Assembly (NCBI RefSeq): GCF_016888135.1
Contig: NZ_JACSWB010000289.1
Location: forward strand, 56,086 to 80,085
DNA: 24,000 bases
Reading direction: 5' to 3'
Origin: Leptolyngbya sp. CCY15150
Lineage (GTDB): Bacteria; Cyanobacteriota; Cyanobacteriia; RECH01
In this document: piece by piece, positions 1 through 9,163 of the stretch
Position numbering within the stretch: position 1 is the first letter of the stretch
Layout: each line of letters starts with the position of its first letter
Program-made: the position numbers and the translations under genes
Notes under the pieces: model-generated
The model's database searches: none
What the model saw: only the letters and a program-made list of their open reading frames with translations
What the model was told of the DNA's origin: nothing

Positions 1-120
1 TTTCAGATCCAACTCGGATCCCATGTCGAGTAGCTATCCACTGTTCAGTCTTACAATACCCGGTTATGAAACACGACTCACAACCCCCGTAAATATATGG
101 AGGTTGGGTATGGAGCCTAG

Positions 121-486
121 TCAGGGATGTTGAGCCAGGATCGCGTCGGGAATATCGAGGATATGAAAGTAGGCTAATCCGATAATGAGGACGGTGTAGG
201 CGGTGGAAAGCCCCAAACTGATCAACAGAGCACGTTTAGGATTGGAGGTTTCTGGTTGCCCCACGAAGCCGGTTGCGCCCCATTGCATCATCACAATGCC
301 TAAGACATTCGATAGCCAGTAGCCAAGGGCAGTGGCGGGGAGAAACCAGGCGGGGTTGAGCCAACTGGCGGCATAGCCCACGGCGTAAGCGATCGGCAGA
401 TTAAAAAACAAGTCATTCCACCATGACAGGGGCGATAGCATATACCCCAGTCCTACCAAGCCGCTGTTCCATAAGTTTCTTAGCAT
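121..486 (-). CDS. small integral membrane protein, function unknown
   Basis: 121-aa ORF with 3-4 hydrophobic helices (LVGLGYMLSPLSWW, AYAVGYAASWL, ALGYWLSNVLGIVMM, LLISLGLSTAYTVLIIGLAYF). It starts 4 nt after the pyrB stop on the same strand, so it is probably co-transcribed. I do not recognise the family with confidence. Confidence 0.6.
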   Translation of the reverse strand: MLRNLWNSGLVGLGYMLSPLSWWNDLFFNLPIAYAVGYAASWLNPAWFLPATALGYWLSNVLGIVMMQWGATGFVGQPETSNPKRALLISLGLSTAYTVLIIGLAYFHILDIPDAILAQHP

Positions 487-489
487 GGT

Positions 490-1491
490 TCAGTCCTGTC
501 CACTTGCCATTAAGTAGAGTAGCGCCATGCGAATGGCAACGCCGCTGGTCACCTGCTGAGACACTAAGCTTAGGACAGGATCATCCATCAGGTCGGAGCT
601 AATTTCCACACCACGGTTGACGGGGCCGGGATGGAGCAGGCGCACGCTGGGTTGGCATAATCGGAGGCGATCGCGGGTGATGCCAAACTGCTGGTGATAT
701 TCTCGCAGGCTGGGCAAGAGGTGCTGGGTCATGCGCTCTTTTTGCAGCCGCAGGGTCATCACAAAGTCGGCTTGCTCTAAGGCAGGTTCTAAGTCCCAGT
801 GCAGGGTGATGCTGCGGGGCAGATCGGTGGCAGCGGCGATCATTTCGGCAAAGTAGGCGGGTAGGAGGGTGGGTGGGGCAGCTAGGTGAACCTCGGCACC
901 GCTAGCGGTCAGGCTCCAAAGGTTCGATCGCGCCACCCGCGAGTGCAGAATATCGCCGATGATGGCAATTTTCTTGCCCTGCAACTGTTCTAGCCGAGGC
1001 TCATCGGCATCTAAGCAGCAGCACATGGTAAATAAATCCAGCAGCGCTTGGGAAGGATGCTCGTGCTGGCCATCGCCGGCATTGAGAACGCCCACCTGGG
1101 TGCCGAGGCGCTCCATCTCCTGGGCGATCGCCGTTGGCACACCGGCATCCCGATGGCGAATCACCATCAAATCGGTGCCCATGGCTAGATAGGTCTTGGC
1201 GGTATCGAGGATGGTTTCACCCTTGGTCAGAGATGACGTACCGGGGGCAAAGTTGAGACTATCGGCGGAGAGGCGTTTGGCGGCTAGCTCAAAGCTGCTG
1301 CGGGTGCGGGTGGAGGATTCAAAAAATAGATTGGCGACCACTTTGCCTTGCAGGGCGGGTACCTTTTTGGTGCGGCGCGACAAAACCTCACGGAAGCTGA
1401 CTGCCGTTTGCAAGATGGTGTTGTATTCCGCTGGGGTGAAGTCCGCTAGCGAAAGAATGTGACGACGAGTCCAATCTGGTGAAGGAGGCAT
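490..1491 (-). CDS. pyrB: aspartate carbamoyltransferase catalytic subunit
   Basis: 333 aa. Carbamoyl-phosphate binding motif [18 protein letters not shown] (HPxQ), and C-terminal [11 protein letters not shown]. Length and motif order fit ATCase. ATG at 1491. Confidence 0.93.
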   Translation of the reverse strand: MPPSPDWTRRHILSLADFTPAEYNTILQTAVSFREVLSRRTKKVPALQGKVVANLFFESSTRTRSSFELAAKRLSADSLNFAPGTSSLTKGETILDTAKTYLAMGTDLMVIRHRDAGVPTAIAQEMERLGTQVGVLNAGDGQHEHPSQALLDLFTMCCCLDADEPRLEQLQGKKIAIIGDILHSRVARSNLWSLTASGAEVHLAAPPTLLPAYFAEMIAAATDLPRSITLHWDLEPALEQADFVMTLRLQKERMTQHLLPSLREYHQQFGITRDRLRLCQPSVRLLHPGPVNRGVEISSDLMDDPVLSLVSQQVTSGVAIRMALLYLMASGQD

Positions 1492-1624
1492 GTATCTTAA
1501 TCAATGGGGCCATCAGCAGGAGGAAGATTTATCCCCTAGAGATTATGTCACGCAAGGTGCGATCGCTCCACCCTCTCCCTCTACCCTCCCCGTTGTTGTC
1601 CCATTCCTCTTCTCCTCGTCTTTT

Positions 1625-2260
1625 ATGCCCAACCCCTCTGACTGGATTGAAATTGGCAAAATCGTCGCGCCCCAAGGGCTGGTCGGCGAACTGCGCGTTT
1701 ACCCAAGCTCCGACTTCCCCGAACGGTTTCTTGAACCGGGGCAACGCTGGATGCGATCGCCCAAGGGAGGAGACCCGACCCTGGTGTATCTGCAGTCTGG
1801 GCGCTATGTGGAGGGCAAGAATCTCTATGTCATTCGCCTAGAAGGTATTACCAGCCGCGCCCAGGCAGAAACCCTGCGCGACTATGAGCTGCTGGTGCCC
1901 GAGAGCGATCGCCTCCCTCTCGACCCCCATGAATTTCATGTGGCAGATTTGATTGGTCTGACCGTGATTGACCAGCATAGCCAAGATCTAGTCGGCACCG
2001 TCGTGGATGTGATGTCTACCGGGCATGACATGTTGGTAGTGGAGCGTCCGTCCTCCGGAACGCCAGAGCCCGAGGAGCCGGTGGAACCGGTGGAACCGAC
2101 GCCCCACCATCCCGATCGCCGTAAGTCTGCCAAGACTCCTCGCGCCAAAAAACGCCAAACGCCGCCCTTACTGATTCCCTTCGTGGAAGCGATCGTGCCG
2201 GTGGTGGATTTAGAGCAGCAGCGGATCGAAATTACACCGCCGGAGGGGCTGCTGGATTAG
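1625..2260 (+). CDS. rimM: 16S rRNA processing protein RimM
   Basis: N-terminal signature [28 protein letters not shown] and a C-terminal PRC-barrel ending [28 protein letters not shown]. The ORF is open from 1490, but that start overlaps the divergent pyrB ATG. I prefer the ATG at 1625 ([12 protein letters not shown]). Confidence 0.85.
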   Translation: MPNPSDWIEIGKIVAPQGLVGELRVYPSSDFPERFLEPGQRWMRSPKGGDPTLVYLQSGRYVEGKNLYVIRLEGITSRAQAETLRDYELLVPESDRLPLDPHEFHVADLIGLTVIDQHSQDLVGTVVDVMSTGHDMLVVERPSSGTPEPEEPVEPVEPTPHHPDRRKSAKTPRAKKRQTPPLLIPFVEAIVPVVDLEQQRIEITPPEGLLD

Positions 2261-2549
2261 GTCACCCTGGGAGAACAGTAGCTATAGGGAGAATAGGGGC
2301 GATCGCCCTAGTCACAACGAGGTATGAAAAGGCTGAGAAAACACGTGAATATGCTGAAATAACTTCAGCCTATTGTCGGATGCCGGATGATGGCGCTCAA
2401 CGCGTGAAGAAAGGTGTAGCACCCCAAGGCAACATTAGCCTCGGGAAGAAGGATGGTTTTTGAAGGATACCGCCGATGGGCTTCAGATTTCCTTCAAGGC
2501 TCGGATACCTATTCACCCTCGTAGCTCCCTCTCATCTTCCCTACGTGAC

Positions 2550-3734
2550 ATGGCAGATCCACAGCACCTTGCCCAGCTTCAAGCCGGCCCATCCGTCTGG
2601 AATCAATGGCGACAGGATCATCCTCGTATTCCTATTGACTTATCCCATGCATCCCTACGCCGGCAAGACTTAAGCGGCATTGATCTTTCCGAAGCAAACT
2701 TGGCCCATGCCGATCTACGGGGAGCCACCTTGCGGCAGGCCAACCTACGCCATGCAAACCTTTGCTACGTCAACGGTCGTGATGCTCAGGTGCAACAGAC
2801 TAGCCTGGAAGGAGCGATCGCTTGGGAAAGTGATTTTCGCGGCGCTAGCCTGCGGAGCAGTTCCTTAGTGAATGCCGACTTTCGCGACACCAACTTTGGT
2901 GAAGCCGACTTGATCAACACCGATGCTAGTCATGCCTACCTCAGCGGCGTCAACCTAGAGGGAGCCTACGCCATCGGTACCCTATTTCGCGGTACGAACC
3001 TGCGCTGGGCCAATCTTCGAGAAGCCAATCTTAAGCAGGCTAACTTAACCGACGCCTACCTACGCTGGGGCAATTGCTATGGCACCAATTTTTACCAATC
3101 GATCTTGGCCCATGCGGACGTCAGCGAAGGTAATTTTGCCGAAGCCAACCTCACCCACAGCAATCTACAGGGCATCCAAGCCCTCGGCACCAACTTCCAG
3201 CGAGCAAAATTCACCGCTGCCTGTATCGAACATTGGCGGATTAATAGCGACACCCGCTTTGACCAAGGCGTCTGCGACTATATTTTTTTACAAGAAGGCG
3301 ATCGCTTCCCCCAACGCGGGCAGTTGTCGGGTCTGGCTTTTGAGAGCCTGATGCAGCGCACCTTAGCCACCGTCAAGCTCTCGTTTAGCTATGGGCTCAA
3401 CTGGTATGCGTTCGCCCAAGCCATCCGCCGCACAGATACCCAAAACCCCGAGGCGCAGATTTCCATTCAAGATATCAGCCACACCATCCACCAAGGCGTG
3501 TCGGTATTAATTAGAACCGCCCCCCAGGCAAATCACGATAAGATCTACCACGACTTCATGATCTCCTACGAACGCGCCCTGAATCTATCCAGAGCAGTGC
3601 AAGCTCGGCGACGTTCCCCCAACGCCGATCGCCCAGACCAGCTTTTAGATCATGTGCTGACCGTCAGCAAACATCTAAGCCACAGCCATATCCAGCATGG
3701 TAGGCCAAGGCGATCGCCCCCAGAGCTGCCGTAG
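2550..3734 (+). CDS. pentapeptide-repeat protein with unassigned C-terminal domain
   Basis: About 200 aa of consecutive A(D/N)LxG-type pentapeptides (ANLAHADLRGATLRQANLRHANL ... ANLREANLKQANLTDAYL ... ANLTHSNLQGIQALGTNF). A roughly 180-aa non-repeat tail follows. The ORF opens at TTG 2460, but the ATG at 2550 (MADPQHLAQLQ) is the more plausible start. Confidence 0.85.
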   Translation: MADPQHLAQLQAGPSVWNQWRQDHPRIPIDLSHASLRRQDLSGIDLSEANLAHADLRGATLRQANLRHANLCYVNGRDAQVQQTSLEGAIAWESDFRGASLRSSSLVNADFRDTNFGEADLINTDASHAYLSGVNLEGAYAIGTLFRGTNLRWANLREANLKQANLTDAYLRWGNCYGTNFYQSILAHADVSEGNFAEANLTHSNLQGIQALGTNFQRAKFTAACIEHWRINSDTRFDQGVCDYIFLQEGDRFPQRGQLSGLAFESLMQRTLATVKLSFSYGLNWYAFAQAIRRTDTQNPEAQISIQDISHTIHQGVSVLIRTAPQANHDKIYHDFMISYERALNLSRAVQARRRSPNADRPDQLLDHVLTVSKHLSHSHIQHGRPRRSPPELP

Positions 3735-3782
3735 CCACCCCGATGACCTCGAAGAGTTGTTGGGGTGGGGCACGGCCCTCAA

Positions 3783-5066
3783 CTAGCTCATGTAGTAATC
3801 GCGGGTGCCCTTGGCCTGCACGGCATCCTCCAAGCGATTGAGGGCATGGACGTAGGCCGCCGTGCGCATGGAGATGCCCAGATCCTGGGATAGATCCCAA
3901 ATGCGGTTGGTTTCCTCCACTATGCGTTCCTGCAGGCGACTGTTCACCTCATTTAGCGACCAATAATAGCCACTGCGGTTTTGCACCCATTCAAAATAGC
4001 TCACCGTCACACCGCCCGCATTCACCAAAATATCGGGGAAGACCTGGATACCTCGTTGCTCTAGAATCTCGTCGGCAGCGGAGGTGACAGGGCCATTGGC
4101 GACCTCAAAAATATAGGGAGCCTTGATGCGCGGTGCATTCTCTTCCGTAATCTGATTTTCCAGCGCCGCCGGGATCAGGATATCCACATCCAGTTCCAGC
4201 AGTTCTGCATTGGTGATCACTCGGTGTTCCACAATGTTGCACACCGTACCTTCACAGTAGACCGCCTTGATCCCCCGACTCGATTCTTTATATTGGCGGA
4301 TGCTGGGAATATCCAACCCAGTTTTGGCATAGATGCCGCCTTGGGAATCGCTCACCGCGACTACTCGATAGTTGGCCTTGGCCAGGAGTTCTGCTAATAC
4401 ACCACCGGCATTGCCAAAGCCCTGGATGGCAACGGTCAGGTCAGTTGATGTCCGCCCTAACTTTTCCATCAGGGTATGGATGACGAAAAAGGCACCCATG
4501 GCTGTCGCTGTTTCCCGCCCCAGACTGCCGCCCATGGAAATCGGCTTGCCCGTGACCACCGCCGGGGTAATTTTTCGGCGAATGATGCTGTATTGATCCA
4601 TCATCCAGCCCATGATCATGGGATTGGTGTAAACATCCGGGGCAGGAATATCCACATCTGGGCCAATAAAATTGGCGATCGCATCCACATAGCCACGACT
4701 GAGACGTTCCAGCTCAAACTTAGAGAAATCTTTGGGATTGATCGTGATCCCTCCCTTTGCGCCGCCAAAGGGCAGGTTCAGCGCTGCGCATTTGAAGGTC
4801 ATCCAAAAGGCGAGGGACTGCACTTCATCCAGCGACACATTAGGATGGAAGCGCACACCGCCTTTGGTGGGGCCGCGGGTGTCGTCGTAGCGTACGCGAT
4901 AGCCCTGGAAGACCCGTAGACTACCGTCGTCCATACGCACGGGAATGGAAACACATAGACTGGCCTTGGGATACTTTAAGCGCTCAATGGCGTCATTAGA
5001 GATGGTGACGTAGCGCAGTGCTTTTTCTAAGCGCAGATTGGCATCGGAGAGGGTGGAGTGCAGCAT
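3783..5066 (-). CDS. gdhA: glutamate dehydrogenase (Glu/Leu/Phe/Val dehydrogenase family)
   Basis: 427 aa. Active-site block LPFGGAKGGI, upstream KGGVRFHP, and dinucleotide fold IQGFGNAGG. The length fits the small hexameric GDH class. Confidence 0.92.
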   Translation of the reverse strand: MLHSTLSDANLRLEKALRYVTISNDAIERLKYPKASLCVSIPVRMDDGSLRVFQGYRVRYDDTRGPTKGGVRFHPNVSLDEVQSLAFWMTFKCAALNLPFGGAKGGITINPKDFSKFELERLSRGYVDAIANFIGPDVDIPAPDVYTNPMIMGWMMDQYSIIRRKITPAVVTGKPISMGGSLGRETATAMGAFFVIHTLMEKLGRTSTDLTVAIQGFGNAGGVLAELLAKANYRVVAVSDSQGGIYAKTGLDIPSIRQYKESSRGIKAVYCEGTVCNIVEHRVITNAELLELDVDILIPAALENQITEENAPRIKAPYIFEVANGPVTSAADEILEQRGIQVFPDILVNAGGVTVSYFEWVQNRSGYYWSLNEVNSRLQERIVEETNRIWDLSQDLGISMRTAAYVHALNRLEDAVQAKGTRDYYMS

Positions 5067-5193
5067 GGAGAAAACCGTCCTTGATGAGGCGTGGGGAGAC
5101 AGAACGGAGCAGCGCCTAGTCTAGGTTCACCGCCCCGAGGCAACAGAAAACTAGGTACAGCGATGCTCTATGTCCTTATAGTGCCTTTATTCT

Positions 5194-5207
5194 GTATCAA
5201 AAACTAC
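5194..5207. promoter_or_regulatory. candidate NtcA-type site (GTA-N8-TAC)
   Basis: GTATCAAAAACTAC matches the GTA-N8-TAC core exactly. It lies in the 369-bp divergent spacer between gdhA (a nitrogen-assimilation gene) and the L,D-transpeptidase gene. I found no clean TAN3T -10 box at the canonical ~22-nt spacing on either strand. Confidence 0.3.
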
Positions 5208-5435
5208 TAACTGCCGGCATATTCAATGTGTTTTTTCTTGAATCTCTATTGAATCTCTATACGATGCTTGGATCTGCCTGCAGTGGGACGTGTTTTTTTC
5301 CAAGAGATGAGATTGTATCCAAGCTGTTCTAGCACCTTTGTTCAATGAATATTTGCTAAATCTTCGACAAATACTCGATGAACAAGCTGCTTCAAGACCT
5401 TTTGCATTATCAATTCAACCTGTGGAGACCGTATC

Positions 5436-5939
5436 ATGCGCCTGATCAAATTCGTTTCATTGGCCGCGATCGCTACCTTGTCGGTAGGACTTTGGAGTAC
5501 TCCAGCTTTACTCCACCTGCCCATGGCCGCAACACCAGCCCAGAGTGACTGGATTTCTGGCTGGGTCGATGATCTGAAAAACTCTAATCAACGCTGGATC
5601 TTAGTTGATTTATCAAGTCAGCGGTTGACGGCTTGGGAGGGTGACAACCCAGTCTATAGCGTGATTATTTCCAGTGGACGGGAGGGTGAACGTACCCCGA
5701 CGGGCGTGTTTTGGGTGCAGGCTCGGTATGTTTCATCGCGGATGCAGGGGGAGGGCTATGACATTCCTGATGTGCCCTATGCCATGTACTACGACGGCAA
5801 CTACGCGATTCATGGCACCTACTGGCACAACAGCTTTGGCACACCCGTGAGCAACGGCTGTATCAATGTGGCGGTCAACCATGCAGAGTGGCTGTATAAC
5901 TGGTCGTCTATGGAAACTGCAGTGGTTGTGCGCGATTAA
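5436..5939 (+). CDS. L,D-transpeptidase (YkuD domain), secreted
   Basis: 167 aa. N-terminal signal-like segment MRLIKFVSLAAIATLSVGLWS. Catalytic His...Cys block IHGTYWHNSFGTPVSNGCINV. GGAG 7 nt upstream of the ATG. Confidence 0.85.
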   Translation: MRLIKFVSLAAIATLSVGLWSTPALLHLPMAATPAQSDWISGWVDDLKNSNQRWILVDLSSQRLTAWEGDNPVYSVIISSGREGERTPTGVFWVQARYVSSRMQGEGYDIPDVPYAMYYDGNYAIHGTYWHNSFGTPVSNGCINVAVNHAEWLYNWSSMETAVVVRD

Positions 5940-6154
5940 GCCTAGAGGCACCCTGGTTTTATCCAAGGCTTGTCCCCAAGAACCGATCAATTTGTGAATG
6001 ATCGCCCCAGTTTGTGAATAATCGGCAATAATTTGATAGCCTACAAAGACTTTCCTAGGACTATGTCTCTCTTGTTAGATAGCTATTAGATAGCTAGGGA
6101 GCCAAGCTCTAGGTCTTGAGGTTATCTGGCCGCCATTGGACGCGCATCACAGTT

Positions 6155-8371
6155 ATGGTACAGGAGCGATCGCCTTCACCGGATTCTTCCATCAGCTTCG
6201 AGATGAGCCGAGACATGACGCCGTCTCCAGAGGCTCCTCGCATGTTGGATATGCCCAGTTTGCCGCGCCCCGCGCCGCCGCCAACCCCATCGAATCTGCC
6301 ACCGCAGTCGAGTCTGCCGCCTAAACCACGGCAGCCAGCGCGATCGCCCAAGTCGCGATCGCCCTTACGTTCAATGTTGCGATCGCCCATTCGAGCGTGG
6401 TCTCGTCCTGCGCCGCCGGTTCGTCCTGTGCCAGCGCCCCCGCCAGCAGCACCGCCAGCAGCACCAGAGCTATCACCGATTCCTCCAGATCCGCCGGTGG
6501 CCACCGTGCCGCCATCGCCGCCGCCGCGATCGCCCAAGCCGCCCGTGGAGCGTCGCCCACCCAAGCGGTTAATCGCCGTCGGACGATCCCTGGCCTGGAC
6601 AGCCCTATGGTTGGGGGCGCTAGCCCTGTCGGGTGGCTTAAGTATGGTGGCCTATCAGCGGTTAACCGATCTGCCGCCGGTGCCCGACTGTCGTGCATTA
6701 TCGCCCTTATCTGCCGATGCAGAACGGTTGTTTTGCGCCCGCGAAGCCGCCCAATCAGGCTATTTGGGCGATTTAACCAGTGCGGTCGATTTAGTGCGAG
6801 ATTGGCCCGAAAATCATCCCTTGCAGCGGGAGACGCAGGTGTTGCTCCAAGATTGGTCGCGGGCTTTGTTGAAGCTGGCTAAGGCTGAAATTGAGCAGAG
6901 CAATTTGTTTGGCGCAGTGGATATTGCCAGTCGGATTCCTGCCAACAGTCCTGTCTATGAGGAGGCCCAGGAAGCGATCGCGGCTTGGCAATATCAGTGG
7001 CAGGAAGGCGAGGCGATCTATGATGAAGCTCAGGTTGCATTACAGCAGCAAGACTGGGATGAGGCGACGGCGCAATTGCGGGCCCTAGGGCAACTGCAAA
7101 ATGACTATTGGCGACAGCAGCAGGTGGATGCCCTCGCCCAACAAATCTTGCTCGAACAAGAGGCTTGGCGGGTGCTGCAGCAGGCCCGTCAGCTAGCTGC
7201 CCAGCCCAATCCTGAGCAACTGGGTGATGCACTGCGTTTGGTGCAGACGATGTCACCCCAGAGCTATGCTTGGCGGGCCGGTGAGGCGGAACTGAATCGC
7301 TGGAGCCAGCTCCTGATCAGCTACGGGATGCAGCAGTGGGAGCAGGGTAACCTAGAGGCAGCGATCGCCCTCGTGGAACCGGTGCCGCCGGATCCGAACC
7401 TTGCGCCAGAAGCCTATGATTTCCTGCAGTTTAGCTATGCCCAGCGGCGGGCTGAGGTGGATATTGGTTTTTGGAAACCTACCCTAGCCCATCTGGCAGG
7501 ATTGCTGGAGGCGATCGCCACGGCGCAGCAGATTCGCCCCGAAAGTCCGTTTTATGACCAAGCCCAGACCAGTTTGGTGAAATGGCAGGCCCAGGTGGAA
7601 GACGGCCTACACCTCAACCTGTCTGATGCTATTGCTCGGGTGGGTGGCCAAACGGCCCTCAACCTAGCGATCGCCTATGCAGGGCAGATCGAAGCCGATC
7701 GCCCGCGCCGTCTCCAGGCCCAGACCTTGGTGGCCCATTGGCAGCAGGAAATTCAACGCTTAGAAGACCGACCGATCTTGCTGCAGGCCCAGCAACTGGC
7801 CGGGGAAAACACCATTCCTAGTTTGCAGGCGGCGATTACCCAAGCCCAAGCCATTTCCCAAGAACGGGCTTTACGGATTGAGGCTCAAACGGCGATCGCC
7901 ACCTGGCGTAAGCGCATTGAGTTGATTGAAGATCAACCCTTGCTCGACGAAGCGATCGCCCTAGCTCAAGAGGGTCGTTTATCCGATGCCATTCGGGCCG
8001 CCCAGCGGATTGACAGCGATCGCGCCCTCTATGCCGATGCCCAAGGGCAAATCCAAGCCTGGCAGTCTAGTTTACGCAACCAAGCGATCGCCACCGACCA
8101 GCCACTACTGGATGAAGCCTATTCCCTGGCTGCCCGCCAGTGGTATTCTGCAGCAATCGATGCGGCATCTCGCATTGGCCCCGATCGCCCTTTGTACGGC
8201 GATGCTCAGGCGGCCATCGGACAATGGCGCATCGAACGGGATGCCTTACTGCAGCAGTGGGGCGCGCAGTCAGCCCCAAGCTCTTCAGAGCCAACTCCCA
8301 GCCGTTCGCAAGCCAGCCGTGCCTCGGATGACGAGACCTATCGAGACTATTACAGTCCCACCCGCCCCTAG
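6155..8371 (+). CDS. Pro-rich, single-pass membrane protein with tandem ~55-aa helical repeats; function unknown
   Basis: Long ORF, open from TTG 6116, with the first ATG at 6155. A roughly 150-aa Pro/Ser/Arg-rich N-terminus is followed by one hydrophobic helix (LAWTALWLGALALSGGLSMVAY). About 550 aa of repeats then carry the recurring motif (S/R)PxYxxAQxxIxxWQ. The start codon is uncertain. Confidence 0.7.
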   Translation: MVQERSPSPDSSISFEMSRDMTPSPEAPRMLDMPSLPRPAPPPTPSNLPPQSSLPPKPRQPARSPKSRSPLRSMLRSPIRAWSRPAPPVRPVPAPPPAAPPAAPELSPIPPDPPVATVPPSPPPRSPKPPVERRPPKRLIAVGRSLAWTALWLGALALSGGLSMVAYQRLTDLPPVPDCRALSPLSADAERLFCAREAAQSGYLGDLTSAVDLVRDWPENHPLQRETQVLLQDWSRALLKLAKAEIEQSNLFGAVDIASRIPANSPVYEEAQEAIAAWQYQWQEGEAIYDEAQVALQQQDWDEATAQLRALGQLQNDYWRQQQVDALAQQILLEQEAWRVLQQARQLAAQPNPEQLGDALRLVQTMSPQSYAWRAGEAELNRWSQLLISYGMQQWEQGNLEAAIALVEPVPPDPNLAPEAYDFLQFSYAQRRAEVDIGFWKPTLAHLAGLLEAIATAQQIRPESPFYDQAQTSLVKWQAQVEDGLHLNLSDAIARVGGQTALNLAIAYAGQIEADRPRRLQAQTLVAHWQQEIQRLEDRPILLQAQQLAGENTIPSLQAAITQAQAISQERALRIEAQTAIATWRKRIELIEDQPLLDEAIALAQEGRLSDAIRAAQRIDSDRALYADAQGQIQAWQSSLRNQAIATDQPLLDEAYSLAARQWYSAAIDAASRIGPDRPLYGDAQAAIGQWRIERDALLQQWGAQSAPSSSEPTPSRSQASRASDDETYRDYYSPTRP

Positions 8372-8494
8372 CCCCCAGCCCGCGCATTGGATGAACCTTA
8401 GCGATCGCTGTCAGCCTAGGGGAATTTAAGTTAAAGTAGGATTGAGTACGACTTAAAGCGTAGCCTAGTCAGGGTCAGGTTAACGCTCGGACTC

Positions 8495-9001
8495 ATGGTG
8501 ATCATTCAACCTCTTCATTCCAACCATTTCGCTGAGATATTACAAGGGTACTTACTGGCTATGCAACAGGATGCGATCGCTCAAACCCCTCTTCGTTCCT
8601 TGGATGATGCTGTGGAACGATGTCAGACCCTTGGAATGCGCCTGAGTAAGCAACGACGCTTCATTTTAGAATTACTGTGGCAAGCCCAAGAGCATCTGTC
8701 TGCACGGGAAATTTACGATCGCCTCAACCAGCAAGGCAAGATTATTGGTCACACCTCGGTCTACCAAAATCTAGAGGCCCTATCCGATCGAGGGATTATT
8801 GAATGCATCGAGCGATCCGACGGTCGGCTCTATGGCAACATCAGCGATCCCCACAGCCATGTCAACTGCCTCGATACACAGCAGATTATGGATGTGCATA
8901 TCGAGTTGCCGGCTGATCTGTTGCGCCAAGTGGAAGAACAAACCGGTGTGCGCATCACCCAATATTCCATTGATTTCTACGGCTATAAAGCGGCGCAGTA
9001 G
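8495..9001 (+). CDS. Fur-family transcriptional regulator
   Basis: Winged-helix block RFILELLWQAQEHLSAREIYDRLNQQGKIIGHTSVYQNLEALSDRGIIECIE, followed by a His-rich metal region DPHSHVNC. An alternative ATG at 8561 would give a more typical 146 aa. I cannot assign the subtype (Fur/Zur/PerR). Confidence 0.8.
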   Translation: MVIIQPLHSNHFAEILQGYLLAMQQDAIAQTPLRSLDDAVERCQTLGMRLSKQRRFILELLWQAQEHLSAREIYDRLNQQGKIIGHTSVYQNLEALSDRGIIECIERSDGRLYGNISDPHSHVNCLDTQQIMDVHIELPADLLRQVEEQTGVRITQYSIDFYGYKAAQ

Positions 9002-9163
9002 GGGGGTATCGGTCGATCCTAAGCTGCCCCAGACGTAGGCTAGAGATTGAACCAGGGGCAATGTTGTTACCAAAACTGCAACCTTGCCGCGACACTGAGC
9101 GGGATATGTCAGAGTAAATATGTTCCCCCTGGATGACCTCCTGGATTTCAAGGACATGATTCG

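Noticed and set aside
959-1462. Plus-strand ORFs of 77 and 88 aa inside pyrB
   Set aside because: They lie entirely within a motif-supported ATCase gene on the opposite strand and their Arg/Ser-rich translations are not protein-like.
3735-3768. Inverted repeat CCACCCC...GGGGTGG between the convergent pentapeptide-repeat and gdhA genes, as a possible bidirectional terminator
   Set aside because: The stem is only 7 bp with a 20-nt loop and no flanking T or A run, so it is too weak to call.
5342-5524. 60-aa minus-strand ORF spanning the L,D-transpeptidase start
   Set aside because: It overlaps the signal-peptide region of a motif-supported gene on the other strand, is of minimal length and has no motif.
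6109-6564. 151-aa Gly/Arg-rich ORF on the minus strand, plus other overlapping ORFs at 6321-6698, 6397-6882 and 6879-7256
   Set aside because: These are antisense or out-of-frame shadows of the GC-rich, Pro-rich start of the 751-aa gene. Their low-complexity translations are explained by the complement of CCN codons.
8425-8457. 7-bp inverted repeat TTTAAGT...ACTTAAA upstream of the Fur-family gene, as a possible Fur box or operator
   Set aside because: The arms are short with a 19-nt spacer. The AT-rich sequence could arise by chance, and I cannot match it to a Fur-box consensus by eye.
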